Of a stretch of 64,000 nucleotides of DNA, positions 55,844-64,000 are shown one piece after another (position 1 is the stretch's first letter; each line of letters starts with the position of its first letter). A program made the position numbers and the translations under genes. Origin of the DNA: Caldisericia bacterium (lineage in GTDB: Bacteria > Caldisericota > Caldisericia > JAAYUI01); the NCBI GenBank assembly GCA_040768585.1, contig JAXGMQ010000001.1:746392-810391 (forward strand), given 5' to 3'. The notes below the pieces were generated by a model. The model was not told the DNA's origin. It did not search any database and was given only the letters and a program-made list of their open reading frames with translations.

Positions 55844-56530
55844 TTATGCCAGGTATAGCAAATACAGACCAACGATGACAATCAATAATCCAAAGACTAC
55901 TCTCAATACTCCAGATATTTTACTGAAACCTTTGTTGTTGATGTATGCCTGAAGCGATCCCGCTGTCATGCCAACAGCCAAAATCATCGCTGAATGACCA
56001 AGCGCATACACAAAGAACAAGAATGACCCCCAAACTATGTTGCCTGCTGATCCTGTGCCAACCAAAGCCATCAAGATGACAAGAATCGGAGCAGCACACG
56101 GAGTGGACACAAACCCAAAAAGAAGTCCAAGAACAAAAGCGCCAAATAGTCCTGTTTGAGGTTTTTTCAATACTTGAGGAACTGGAATATTGACGCTGAT
56201 AATATCAGCAAACATCAAACCCATTACGATACAAACCGCCGCCAGGAAATAATACACCCATGAACCCGTCAGATTTATGCTTGATCCTATTAGCGCTGTT
56301 ATAACTCCAAGAATAGAAAACGCGAGGACGAGTCCAAGCACAAAAATAAGGGTGAAAATAACTGATCTTTTATAATTGGTTTTTTCTCCCTGGTAAGCTC
56401 CTGCTGCGCCAATCATCAATGGGACAACAGCGAGTACGCAAGGATTGGAAGCTGTCAAAATACCTGCAAACAAAACAGCAAATGGAGACCACCAGACATA
56501 CGTTTCAACTATCTCTTTTAGCCCATTCAT
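55844..56530 (-). CDS. ccdA: CcdA/DsbD-family thiol:disulfide electron transporter
   Basis: Six-TM protein with conserved SNPCVLAVVPL and STPCAAPIL Cys motifs. Confidence 0.85.
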   Translation of the reverse strand: MNGLKEIVETYVWWSPFAVLFAGILTASNPCVLAVVPLMIGAAGAYQGEKTNYKRSVIFTLIFVLGLVLAFSILGVITALIGSSINLTGSWVYYFLAAVCIVMGLMFADIISVNIPVPQVLKKPQTGLFGAFVLGLLFGFVSTPCAAPILVILMALVGTGSAGNIVWGSFLFFVYALGHSAMILAVGMTAGSLQAYINNKGFSKISGVLRVVFGLLIVIVGLYLLYLA

Positions 56531-56929
56531 TTATTCAACCTCACAGCCAATGGAGTTCAACTGATCTATTATCCAATCACGAACCTCAGGCACCTCTTGC
56601 TCGGTAATAACCCTTCTGTACACCTCAACAGCATCCTCATCGAAGATAATAACGGTTGGAATGACGGTAACATCGAATAAATCCTTGACAGTGTTATTGA
56701 TAAAGTAGGTGTGAATCGTGACTCTGTCGCCAATATCCTCTTTCAGCTTCTCCATAACCGGCTGCATCAGTTGACAGGGGATACAAAGGTCAGCCCCTAT
56801 TTCTACAACCGTATACTCACCTTGTCTTGGCATTTCATACTCAGAGCCTGGTCTTGTAAACTTTGTGACAATTATTGCTATCACAATCAGTACAACGGCA
56901 GAAAGCACAATCATCTTCCACTTTTCCAT
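56531..56929 (-). CDS. Membrane-anchored thioredoxin-fold protein
   Basis: N-terminal TM, CIPC active-site motif and a cis-Pro region VIPTVIIF. Confidence 0.75.
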   Translation of the reverse strand: MEKWKMIVLSAVVLIVIAIIVTKFTRPGSEYEMPRQGEYTVVEIGADLCIPCQLMQPVMEKLKEDIGDRVTIHTYFINNTVKDLFDVTVIPTVIIFDEDAVEVYRRVITEQEVPEVRDWIIDQLNSIGCEVE

Positions 56930-56983
56930 GTATACCTCTTTTCGTATATCGACTATCAGTTCAATACCTGGCGTGTACCAAAC

Positions 56984-58492
56984 TTACTTTGCGGTCAGTA
57001 TTACCTCTTTTGTTTTGCTGATATATTCAACGTCGCACCCAAGGTTTTCTGCAATGAATCTCAGCGGGACAAGCGTTCTTCCATTGACGATAACTGGCGT
57101 AACACTGACATCATCAGATATCTGTTGTTCAACTCCATTTACGAGCGCAACTGATTTGCCAACAGTCAACACAATCTCTTTATCGTCAAGATCAATCGTT
57201 ATTTGCTTCAGATATTGATCCCACTTGATATCTCCACCAATGGGTTCGACAACGTATCTGGCAGGAAGGAAGGTTCTACTGTGGATGATCTCCGGTTTTG
57301 AATCCATCGTCACATTGTACTTGTCCCTTGTGTAGGAATTTGATCCGATTGTATATGTCAGCTTGTTTGGCTTCTGAGCAAAAACTATGAATTCATTACC
57401 ATCAGCCACAAAGATTCTGTTGGAACAGATTATGGTTTTATCAAGATCATACCCTAAATCCTCAGACCACTCGGTTTTGCCCGTTTCAATATCAATGCTA
57501 ACGATTTCATCAGATTCGCAGCAGACAAGTATTCTTTTGTCTGATATGTTCAGCACTGACATCTTGCCTTTCCCAACCAGGGCATACCAGAGCTCTTTGG
57601 CAGGCTTTATGCAACATGTACCACCACAGAATGTCCCATCGAGACACTGAATCCTAAAATTCGATGTTGTGCAAACAACCTTATTATCTACTATACCGAC
57701 GCTTGTGACATCAGCATAGGTTTGATACTTCCACCTCGCGGTTCCATCTAAATCAAAGGCAAACAGGGATGACCCGGATATTGCATACACCTTATCATCG
57801 CTTATCACAATCGGGGTGGTAATCATGCTTTCGCAAACGAAGCTCCACAATTTCTCGCCGTTCTCTTGATTCAGGCAATAAAGCTTTTTGTCTGTTGACC
57901 CAATAAATACTTTTCCATCACAAACACTTGGAATACTGACAATCGATTTATCCGTTTTAAAACTCCATTTATTTTCAAGATTATTAGCGTCAAGACATAC
58001 GAGTGTGCCGTCTCTCAAACCAACGAATATATCGTCATCTTGCTGCTGTGGTGGAGCTGTAATTCTAGAATCAGCCTTGTAGGTGTGTGAAATCTTTCCT
58101 GTTTTACGACTTAGTTTTATAACATCATTCCCCGATGCCTGGTACACACTATCTGAATTCACAAATGGAGCAAACTCAACTCGAGTTGATAGCTCTGATT
58201 GCTCCCATATGATCTCTCCAGTTGTTGCATCCTGTGAAATCAGTTTTCCACCTTCTGTTACAAGATAGACTGAATTGTCGTACAGAACTGGATGACAAAC
58301 CAATTTCTCATCAAATTCCCTCTTGTGAAGAATGGTGAGTTTTTCATTCGGTATGCATTGATTGTCTATCTCGGAGGTGTGTCCAATGTTTCCGCCATAA
58401 CAAATCCACGAACAGACCGACTCACCATTGCTGCTGGATATAAAGAGAGCCAAAATAACAATCAATGTGAGTATGTATGAGATTTTCTTCAT
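56984..58492 (-). CDS. Secreted PQQ-like beta-propeller protein with C-terminal stalk (Cu-amine-oxidase-N-like) domain
   Basis: The start MKKISYILTLIV at 58492 forms an ATGA overlap with the upstream stop. PQQ-like repeats (QDATTGEIIWEQ, DANNLENKWSF, NQENGEKLWSF, DIETGKTEWSE). C-terminus VNGRTLVPLRFIAENLGCDVEY. Confidence 0.75.
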   Translation of the reverse strand: MKKISYILTLIVILALFISSSNGESVCSWICYGGNIGHTSEIDNQCIPNEKLTILHKREFDEKLVCHPVLYDNSVYLVTEGGKLISQDATTGEIIWEQSELSTRVEFAPFVNSDSVYQASGNDVIKLSRKTGKISHTYKADSRITAPPQQQDDDIFVGLRDGTLVCLDANNLENKWSFKTDKSIVSIPSVCDGKVFIGSTDKKLYCLNQENGEKLWSFVCESMITTPIVISDDKVYAISGSSLFAFDLDGTARWKYQTYADVTSVGIVDNKVVCTTSNFRIQCLDGTFCGGTCCIKPAKELWYALVGKGKMSVLNISDKRILVCCESDEIVSIDIETGKTEWSEDLGYDLDKTIICSNRIFVADGNEFIVFAQKPNKLTYTIGSNSYTRDKYNVTMDSKPEIIHSRTFLPARYVVEPIGGDIKWDQYLKQITIDLDDKEIVLTVGKSVALVNGVEQQISDDVSVTPVIVNGRTLVPLRFIAENLGCDVEYISKTKEVILTAK

Positions 58493-58866
58493 TTTCCTAC
58501 TCCACATTCCGAAATGTATGAAACTACATCCTCTCTTTGAACAACACCCTCAAATCTGTATCTTTCGTTTCCACTAATATCGTAGAATATTGTTGTGGGT
58601 ATGACTCTAATTCCATATTTTGAGGCAGCGTCGGGGTCATCTCTCACATCAATAACCCTTATATCAACCTTATCACCCATCTGATCTCCAACACTCTCTA
58701 GAATCTTGTTCATCTCAATACATGGAATGCAGTTGTCTCTTCCAATCTTAACAACGATTGGAACAGCACCAACACTTGCTTTATCGCTGCTTACTCCACC
58801 TGAACAAGATACAAAAATCATCGAAACCAAAACCAGCAATACCGCATATCTTATTGCTTTCATCAC
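58489..58866 (-). CDS. Thioredoxin-fold lipoprotein
   Basis: Lipobox FVSC, CIPC motif and VIPTTIFY. Confidence 0.75.
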   Translation of the reverse strand: MMKAIRYAVLLVLVSMIFVSCSGGVSSDKASVGAVPIVVKIGRDNCIPCIEMNKILESVGDQMGDKVDIRVIDVRDDPDAASKYGIRVIPTTIFYDISGNERYRFEGVVQREDVVSYISECGVGK

Positions 58867-59102
58867 TGATGCTCCTTAATGAATTGAATAATCTCATTCA
58901 CGGAATTGATTTTTCCTGACGAGACCACAACTCCATCAAAAGCCAAAGCCGGCGTTACCATTACGCCAAAGCTCATAATCTCCGTTATCTGCGAAATCTT
59001 CACAATCTCGACATCGATACCGAGTTGTGCAACCGCCTCGAAAACGTTTTTTTCCAGTTTCTGACACTTGGGGCATCCAGTTCCAAGTACTTGTATCTTC
59101 AT
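58863..59102 (-). CDS. Small thioredoxin-family protein (redox-active disulfide protein 2-like)
   Basis: 79 aa. MKIQVLGTGCPKCQKLEKN ... VMVTPALAFDG is the classic pattern of the family. It is commonly encoded next to ArsP_1-type permeases. Confidence 0.8.
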   Translation of the reverse strand: MKIQVLGTGCPKCQKLEKNVFEAVAQLGIDVEIVKISQITEIMSFGVMVTPALAFDGVVVSSGKINSVNEIIQFIKEHQ

Positions 59103-59114
59103 GCTACCTCCTTT

Positions 59115-60242
59115 TTAGTAAATCATACCGAATATCCAACCAGCAAGGGCTGATAAGACGATTACGAGAAGAAAGAAAACGATGGCTTTTTTTGAACCCA
59201 ACACCTTGTAGACCACAAGCATTGATGGCAAGGACAGGGCGGGACCGGCGAGAAGGAGGGACAGAGCTGGGCCATTGCCCATACCAGATTTCATCAGGTT
59301 CTCAACGATTGGCACTTCGGTAAGGGTGGCGAAATACATGAATGCGCCAACCACGGAAGCCGCTAGATTAGAAAGGATTGAGTTGCCACCTACCGCATTT
59401 TGTATCCACTCCTGCGGAATTATCTTGAAGATAAATCCCGATATCAACACTCCAAAAAACAGAAGGGGCAATATCTGCTTGGTTAGTGTCCAGGTTTGGT
59501 CCATCCATCCATAGAATCTTTTCTTATTGAGGAACAAAATGGAAAAGATGAGTGTCAACAGAGTAAATCCGCCAACCAACCACCACTTGATGCTGTTGAT
59601 TGCCTCTCCCGCTTGTATGTTCCAGGTTGCAAATATCAGAACAAACACAATTGAAGTAAGAATCAAGGCTGACTTCCAGACAGGGAAATCGCCATTCTCT
59701 GGGATGACAATTTTGGATATCCTCTCGCTGTCCTCTCTTTTGAAGCTTTTTTCCATAATAATTCCGATGATCACGGCAAGGAGAATGGCAGACACGATTC
59801 TTGCCAATCCGATTTGCCAACCAAGTGCTTTGAACGACAAAACCATGGCAAGGATGTTTATGGCCGGGCCTGAGAACAAAAATGTGGTGGCTGGACCTAT
59901 CCCAGCTCCAGAGTTATATATACCCGCGAAGAGCGGGAGAACCGTACAGGAGCAGACAGCAAGAATCGACCCACTGACTGAAGCCATCAGATATGCCCAG
60001 AACTTTCCAAATGACCCAGACAGAATCCTGATGACAGAACTTGAGGAGATCATGTTGGTGATTCCACCTGCGATAAAAAGAGCTGGAACCAGACACGTAA
60101 GAATGTGTAATCTTGCGTACTCATTGAGCATCCTCAATGCTTCACTGATAGCTTCCAGGAAAAATGCGGTGTTTAGATCAATAAAGTACGCCAGCAAAAA
60201 AACACCAAGAAATATCAATCCGATCTTTATTTCATTCTTCAT
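59115..60242 (-). CDS. Predicted permease (ArsP_1/DUF318-like)
   Basis: 375-aa polytopic protein with SCTVLPLFAGIYNSGAGIGPATTFLFSGPAIN and a C-terminal-half duplicate LTEVPIVENLMKSGMGNGPALSLLLAGPALSLP. Confidence 0.75.
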   Translation of the reverse strand: MKNEIKIGLIFLGVFLLAYFIDLNTAFFLEAISEALRMLNEYARLHILTCLVPALFIAGGITNMISSSSVIRILSGSFGKFWAYLMASVSGSILAVCSCTVLPLFAGIYNSGAGIGPATTFLFSGPAINILAMVLSFKALGWQIGLARIVSAILLAVIIGIIMEKSFKREDSERISKIVIPENGDFPVWKSALILTSIVFVLIFATWNIQAGEAINSIKWWLVGGFTLLTLIFSILFLNKKRFYGWMDQTWTLTKQILPLLFFGVLISGFIFKIIPQEWIQNAVGGNSILSNLAASVVGAFMYFATLTEVPIVENLMKSGMGNGPALSLLLAGPALSLPSMLVVYKVLGSKKAIVFFLLVIVLSALAGWIFGMIY

Positions 60243-60248
60243 CTGTTA

Positions 60249-60554
60249 TCACCTCTTAAAATGGTCTAGAACACACCCCACACATAGGAATATGCACTTC
60301 ATGTTGAGAGAATAGATTACCTCCTGCCCCTTCTTTTCGTATATCACGATTTTCTTGGTTCGAAGGATTGCAAGGTGCTGAGAAACACAGGTTGGAGTGC
60401 AGTCCATAAGGTGCGCGAGCTGCGATACTGAATATGAGTCTGATGAAAGTAGTTCCACTATCTTGAGGCGTTTTTCTGACGATAGAGCGCCAAATATCTC
60501 ACTGAGATTCCTCAAATCCTCATCGGTCAGTTTCAGTTGTTCTAAAGTATTCAT
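60249..60554 (-). CDS. ArsR/SmtB family transcriptional regulator
   Basis: FGALSSEKRLKIVELL....YSVSQLAHLMDCTPTCVSQHLAILRTKKIV. The internal start at 60554 is preferred. Cys-rich C-terminus. Confidence 0.8.
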   Translation of the reverse strand: MNTLEQLKLTDEDLRNLSEIFGALSSEKRLKIVELLSSDSYSVSQLAHLMDCTPTCVSQHLAILRTKKIVIYEKKGQEVIYSLNMKCIFLCVGCVLDHFKR

Positions 60555-60887
60555 AACTTCGTATATACGCAGATATGCATATATGTCAACTACGCACTTC
60601 ACTATTGCAAAACAGGTTTAGAATCAATGAGAGTCTTTTGTCAATAGTGATTTAAGCCCGTAGATTTCAAAATTAAACCAGGGATGTTACTTTAGGCTTT
60701 CCCAAGGAATATCCTTTTCTTTTACCGCGGTGATATGCAATGATATCTGTTAATAAGGTTATTTGTGGGCGAAAAAGGGAGGCGCATTAAGCGACAAAAT
60801 AAGCTTAGAAAAACTTGCCATTTGAGGTAAGAGGTCGAAAGTACTACAGGTGACAGCACCATAGGTATAGGATTTACACCTAACGGA

Positions 60888-61997
60888 TCAATCACTTTCG
60901 TGATATGATTGCACTTTCTTTGTAAACCACTCCATTGCTCCAATAAAGGCATCAAATCTAGACTGGTCTTGAAGTTCCAAAATATCAAAACTCGGTCTTC
61001 TGTTTATGACACTCTCATCAAGTGAGATTATCCCAATTTTATTAAGCTCTCTGACAAATTCCATCCTATCTGCTTCAGTTTCAAAAGCTGGATTTTTTCT
61101 GATATACTCAAACTGAATCTCAATTTTACCATATGTCCAGAGTGTAATTGGATTGTAATTGATATCCCCAGCAGCGACAGTTGGTCTACATGAACCACTT
61201 CTAAGTCCCTGTCCATAAATATCCTTGTAGCCAATTTTGAGCATTTTATCTAAAAGCTTCGTTGTTACTTCTCTATATCTACTGTTATTCCTTTCCACCA
61301 GCTCCTCAAGAAATGAGATTTTGTCCCAATATTTCTTATTAATTTCTGCTCTTTGTGTCCTTATACTCGACGAAATAATCTTTGACAACACAACATCCCT
61401 GTGTCTGCAAATCTGCACTCCATACACATCTACTGTGTCCATATTTTCTGAAAGGAAATTGATTATCGTAATCAACTCACTGGGGAGTTCATCAGAGGCA
61501 AATACGAGCTTGAGATTGCCAGATCTCAGGTTGGATTTTACCTGTGCCCAAAATTCACTTTCTGTTAGATTATCTCCAATATGATTTTCAATCACATTGT
61601 CGTAATCAAGATTCCCTGACATGAGTCTTTTGTTAATAGCGTCCTTTAGAGAATCAATCGTCCAATAGATTGAGGCATTTGCAGCATAATCGAGCATCTG
61701 CCCAACAACACTCCTTCTAACCTCAGGGTTGTTGCTCCTTTTCACCTCCACAAGAACAGGCACCCCGTTTTCATCAATGAAAAGGTGATCAAGGCTGTAT
61801 TTATTCGCTCCGTCGTATGTGATTGGGATTCCAAGCTCTCGATCAACAAGCAAGAATTTCTGAGTTTTTGGGTCTTGCATAATCAATTTCGGATGCTTGG
61901 CAATCAGGACTTGCAACTCAGCTTCAGCTACAAAACAGCATTGTTCCAACTCTTCAAGTTCGCTATCACCAGTCAGCTTATATATTCGGTCTTCCAT
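60888..61997 (-). CDS. PD-(D/E)XK nuclease-like protein (NucS/DUF91-like N-terminal domain), function unknown
   Basis: GAGGAG RBS before the ATG at 61997. SLDHLFIDENGVPVLVEVKRS...VVGQMLDYA fits a D...E-x-K nuclease core. By eye it is lower in G+C than its neighbours. Confidence 0.55.
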   Translation of the reverse strand: MEDRIYKLTGDSELEELEQCCFVAEAELQVLIAKHPKLIMQDPKTQKFLLVDRELGIPITYDGANKYSLDHLFIDENGVPVLVEVKRSNNPEVRRSVVGQMLDYAANASIYWTIDSLKDAINKRLMSGNLDYDNVIENHIGDNLTESEFWAQVKSNLRSGNLKLVFASDELPSELITIINFLSENMDTVDVYGVQICRHRDVVLSKIISSSIRTQRAEINKKYWDKISFLEELVERNNSRYREVTTKLLDKMLKIGYKDIYGQGLRSGSCRPTVAAGDINYNPITLWTYGKIEIQFEYIRKNPAFETEADRMEFVRELNKIGIISLDESVINRRPSFDILELQDQSRFDAFIGAMEWFTKKVQSYHESD

Positions 61998-62022
61998 ATC
62001 TCCTCTTTCTTTGAAAATACAA

Positions 62023-64000
62023 CTAGCTGTCAAACTTGATTGTTGCCTGTCTCTTCATCGAATTCCAAGACACCTCACCACCGAGTGCATCAGTGACGAA
62101 CCTTAAGGGGACGTACGTCCTGCCATCTCGAATCATAGGAGCTGCGTCAAGCTCAATCTCAAACCCAGCAACAATCGCTGTCTTTGAGCCAATGGTCAAC
62201 ACGATGCTCTTGCCATCAAGGACATAAGAAACAGTTTTCACACCGCCTGAAACTTCATCGAGGGTGTAGTCAACCTTTGCACCAATTGACTCACCCAGGA
62301 ATCGAAATGGCACCATTGTCCTTCCAACACCGCTGACAAACGGAGTGCCTTTACAGTCCATCTCAACACCGTTGACTGTTGCTGTGGGCTTACCGATTGT
62401 AAAGACGACCTCGATGCTCTTTTTCCTCAGGTCGACCGTCAGTTTTGCGCTGCCCCCAGTAACTCCACCCTTTGTCGGGATAACCTCATACTCAATCAAG
62501 GTGTCAGCTTCAAATGTCGTATCAGCATAGAAAGTGTCGGCAGTCACGGTTAACACCACCCCGTTTCGCTTGACGATATAGCTTATCCCATCACCGCTTG
62601 AGTGCCAATAGACCAGGATTGTGCTTGATGTCACATCTGCATCAAGCCCAGTGACCGCATCCGGGGCATCGGGTGCTGGTGTGAGATCAACCACCACAGA
62701 AACAGGAGAACTCTTTTGTCCATTGACAAACGCCACAACAGTGTATGTCATCTTGGTTTTCTTGGGGCTATTATCTTTAAAATAGAGCTCATCAGTTTTG
62801 GTTATCTCAACCCCATCTCGTGTCACGATAAACTCAGCCTCACCGTCATACGACCACACAAGCAACACCGAATCTCCGATGATTTGATACTTCAAGTCAG
62901 AGACTGGCTCTGGGGGTTCAACAACAAACTCAATAATCACATGGGCCTCTGGGCCAATCTTGTCACCATCAGTTGGGAACACCTTATAAATAAGTGTGCC
63001 GGGTGGGGGATTCTCATGAGTGAAGTGCAAATCTGTTGTTCTGCCAACATCCTCTCCATTGCATTGAATCAAAAACTCCACACTCTGTTCTGACGTCCAA
63101 GTCAGAAGCACCTTGTCCCCCACAAATGTAGCAGCAAGGTTCTCAACAGCCACAAGCTTTTGCGGAACATACACACTTGCAGTATCTGAGAGGTCGGACT
63201 CAAGTCCGCCTGAGGCGAGAGAAACAAGAGCATAAATGTAGGTTTTCCCGCGCTCAACCTCTGTGTCTTTGTAGAATGTTTCCTTTATCGATACGTTATT
63301 GTATGGAGTTTTGGGCAGGTCTTCTCCCTCAAGAGCTCTGAAGATGTTGTATCCGGTCGCCTCAGCCCCTGTGGTCGGGGCATCCCAGTCAACCTCGACA
63401 TGGTCATACACCCAGGTTGCCTTCACATTGATTGGGGGATTCGGCGGCTCTTCCTTTGGAATTTCTTCCTCCTTTTCTGTGACGGTGATGTCAGCTGTTA
63501 CATACCCAAGGTTCCTGATCCCATACTCGCCATCATCAATATATATCCCCAGTTTCCCTGTGTATTTGCCCGGCCTGGCGTTGCCAGCCGAAACCTTCAC
63601 TCTCAGGGTGGTGTCCTCACCAGCTTTTAGATTCAAAGTCGAGATAGTTGATGAGAGGAACAGGTCTCCCTCAAACATCAGGTCAAGGTCGACCTTGCCT
63701 TCGTTGAATAACTCTACCTGTTTTACTGTCTCTCCCCTGTAGGGGATTCTCACATCAAAATCACCGTCTTTGACTCGGAGCTTTGGCTCCATGTCGGCTG
63801 GTCTGGGTTTTTTGCCAAAACAAGCGAGTTTTCTCGCTTTGTATTTCTCATTCTCCCCATACTCCACAAACATACGTTTCCAGGCAACAACAGGTTGGAA
63901 CACATAGGGCGTATCAAGAGGGATGTGTTTGATAATTGAGGCGTCCTCCGCTGAGACAATGTAGACTCCACCCGTCCCGTCCTCGCTGCCGTTGCCAACG
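62023..64000 (-). CDS. Large secreted multi-domain protein (FN3/Ig-like repeats plus two C-terminal stalk domains), 5' end outside the window
   Basis: The reading frame stays open from 63903 to the window edge (…VYVISAEDASIIKHIPLDTPYV-FQPVV…). It has an FN3-like INVKATWVYDHVEVDWDAPTTGAEATGYNIFRA and repeated ~90-aa modules. C-terminal motifs GRTMVPFRFLGESIGAKVDY and DGRTYVPLRFVTDALGGEVSW. Confidence 0.75.
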   Translation of the reverse strand, partial: VGNGSEDGTGGVYIVSAEDASIIKHIPLDTPYVFQPVVAWKRMFVEYGENEKYKARKLACFGKKPRPADMEPKLRVKDGDFDVRIPYRGETVKQVELFNEGKVDLDLMFEGDLFLSSTISTLNLKAGEDTTLRVKVSAGNARPGKYTGKLGIYIDDGEYGIRNLGYVTADITVTEKEEEIPKEEPPNPPINVKATWVYDHVEVDWDAPTTGAEATGYNIFRALEGEDLPKTPYNNVSIKETFYKDTEVERGKTYIYALVSLASGGLESDLSDTASVYVPQKLVAVENLAATFVGDKVLLTWTSEQSVEFLIQCNGEDVGRTTDLHFTHENPPPGTLIYKVFPTDGDKIGPEAHVIIEFVVEPPEPVSDLKYQIIGDSVLLVWSYDGEAEFIVTRDGVEITKTDELYFKDNSPKKTKMTYTVVAFVNGQKSSPVSVVVDLTPAPDAPDAVTGLDADVTSSTILVYWHSSGDGISYIVKRNGVVLTVTADTFYADTTFEADTLIEYEVIPTKGGVTGGSAKLTVDLRKKSIEVVFTIGKPTATVNGVEMDCKGTPFVSGVGRTMVPFRFLGESIGAKVDYTLDEVSGGVKTVSYVLDGKSIVLTIGSKTAIVAGFEIELDAAPMIRDGRTYVPLRFVTDALGGEVSWNSMKRQATIKFDS

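Noticed and set aside
1-64000. CRISPR arrays, IS elements, integrases, prophage structural genes and rRNA.
   Set aside because: I scanned for regularly spaced direct repeats and for transposase, integrase or capsid-like ORFs and found none. The only repeats are the ntpD-end duplication and the inverted hairpin pair reported above.

Overview
This 64 kb window looks bacterial, probably from an uncultivated lineage. Core genes sampled by eye are about 45-50% G+C, and TGA is used as a normal stop codon. No CRISPR array, rRNA, transposase or integrase was seen. Housekeeping content: a NitT/TauT-type ABC transporter (4.5-7.4 kb); a large Ser/Thr kinase fused to a P-loop NTPase and TPR-like repeats; a phosphofructokinase, membrane pyrophosphatase and tRNA-Val(CAC) block (11-14.3 kb); a TetR operon; an rpsP-KH-ylqD-trmD operon; a complete nine-gene V/A-type ATPase operon (33.2-41.6 kb); and ahcY. 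Accessory or unusual content: (i) the conserved trmD...rplS-lepB-rnhB-yraN linkage is split by a ~5 kb insert carrying a methylase-tail remnant, a pair of inverted GC-rich hairpin repeats, three tandem 184-aa signal peptidase I paralogs and a umuD-umuC-SRAP module. (ii) Directly after ntpD, a 24-bp perfect repeat plus a degenerate copy of the ntpD 3' end brackets a 2-TM protein gene. This is followed by an AT-rich 400-aa orphan with an Rx4H (HEPN-like) motif, a second paralogous 2-TM protein, a 700-bp ORF-free gap with RNA-like features, and a DUF4111-type nucleotidyltransferase. This is my best candidate for an undescribed toxin or defence-like module. (iii) A secreted Ig-like protein gene is split by a single in-frame TGA at the head of a (GGC)5 tract. 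(iv) An ArsR / permease / thioredoxin x3 / CcdA redox cluster has an embedded PQQ-type propeller. (v) Many secreted, lipoprotein and propeller proteins reuse a copper-amine-oxidase-N-terminal-like 'stalk' module. All family assignments come from motif recognition by eye. No searches were run.
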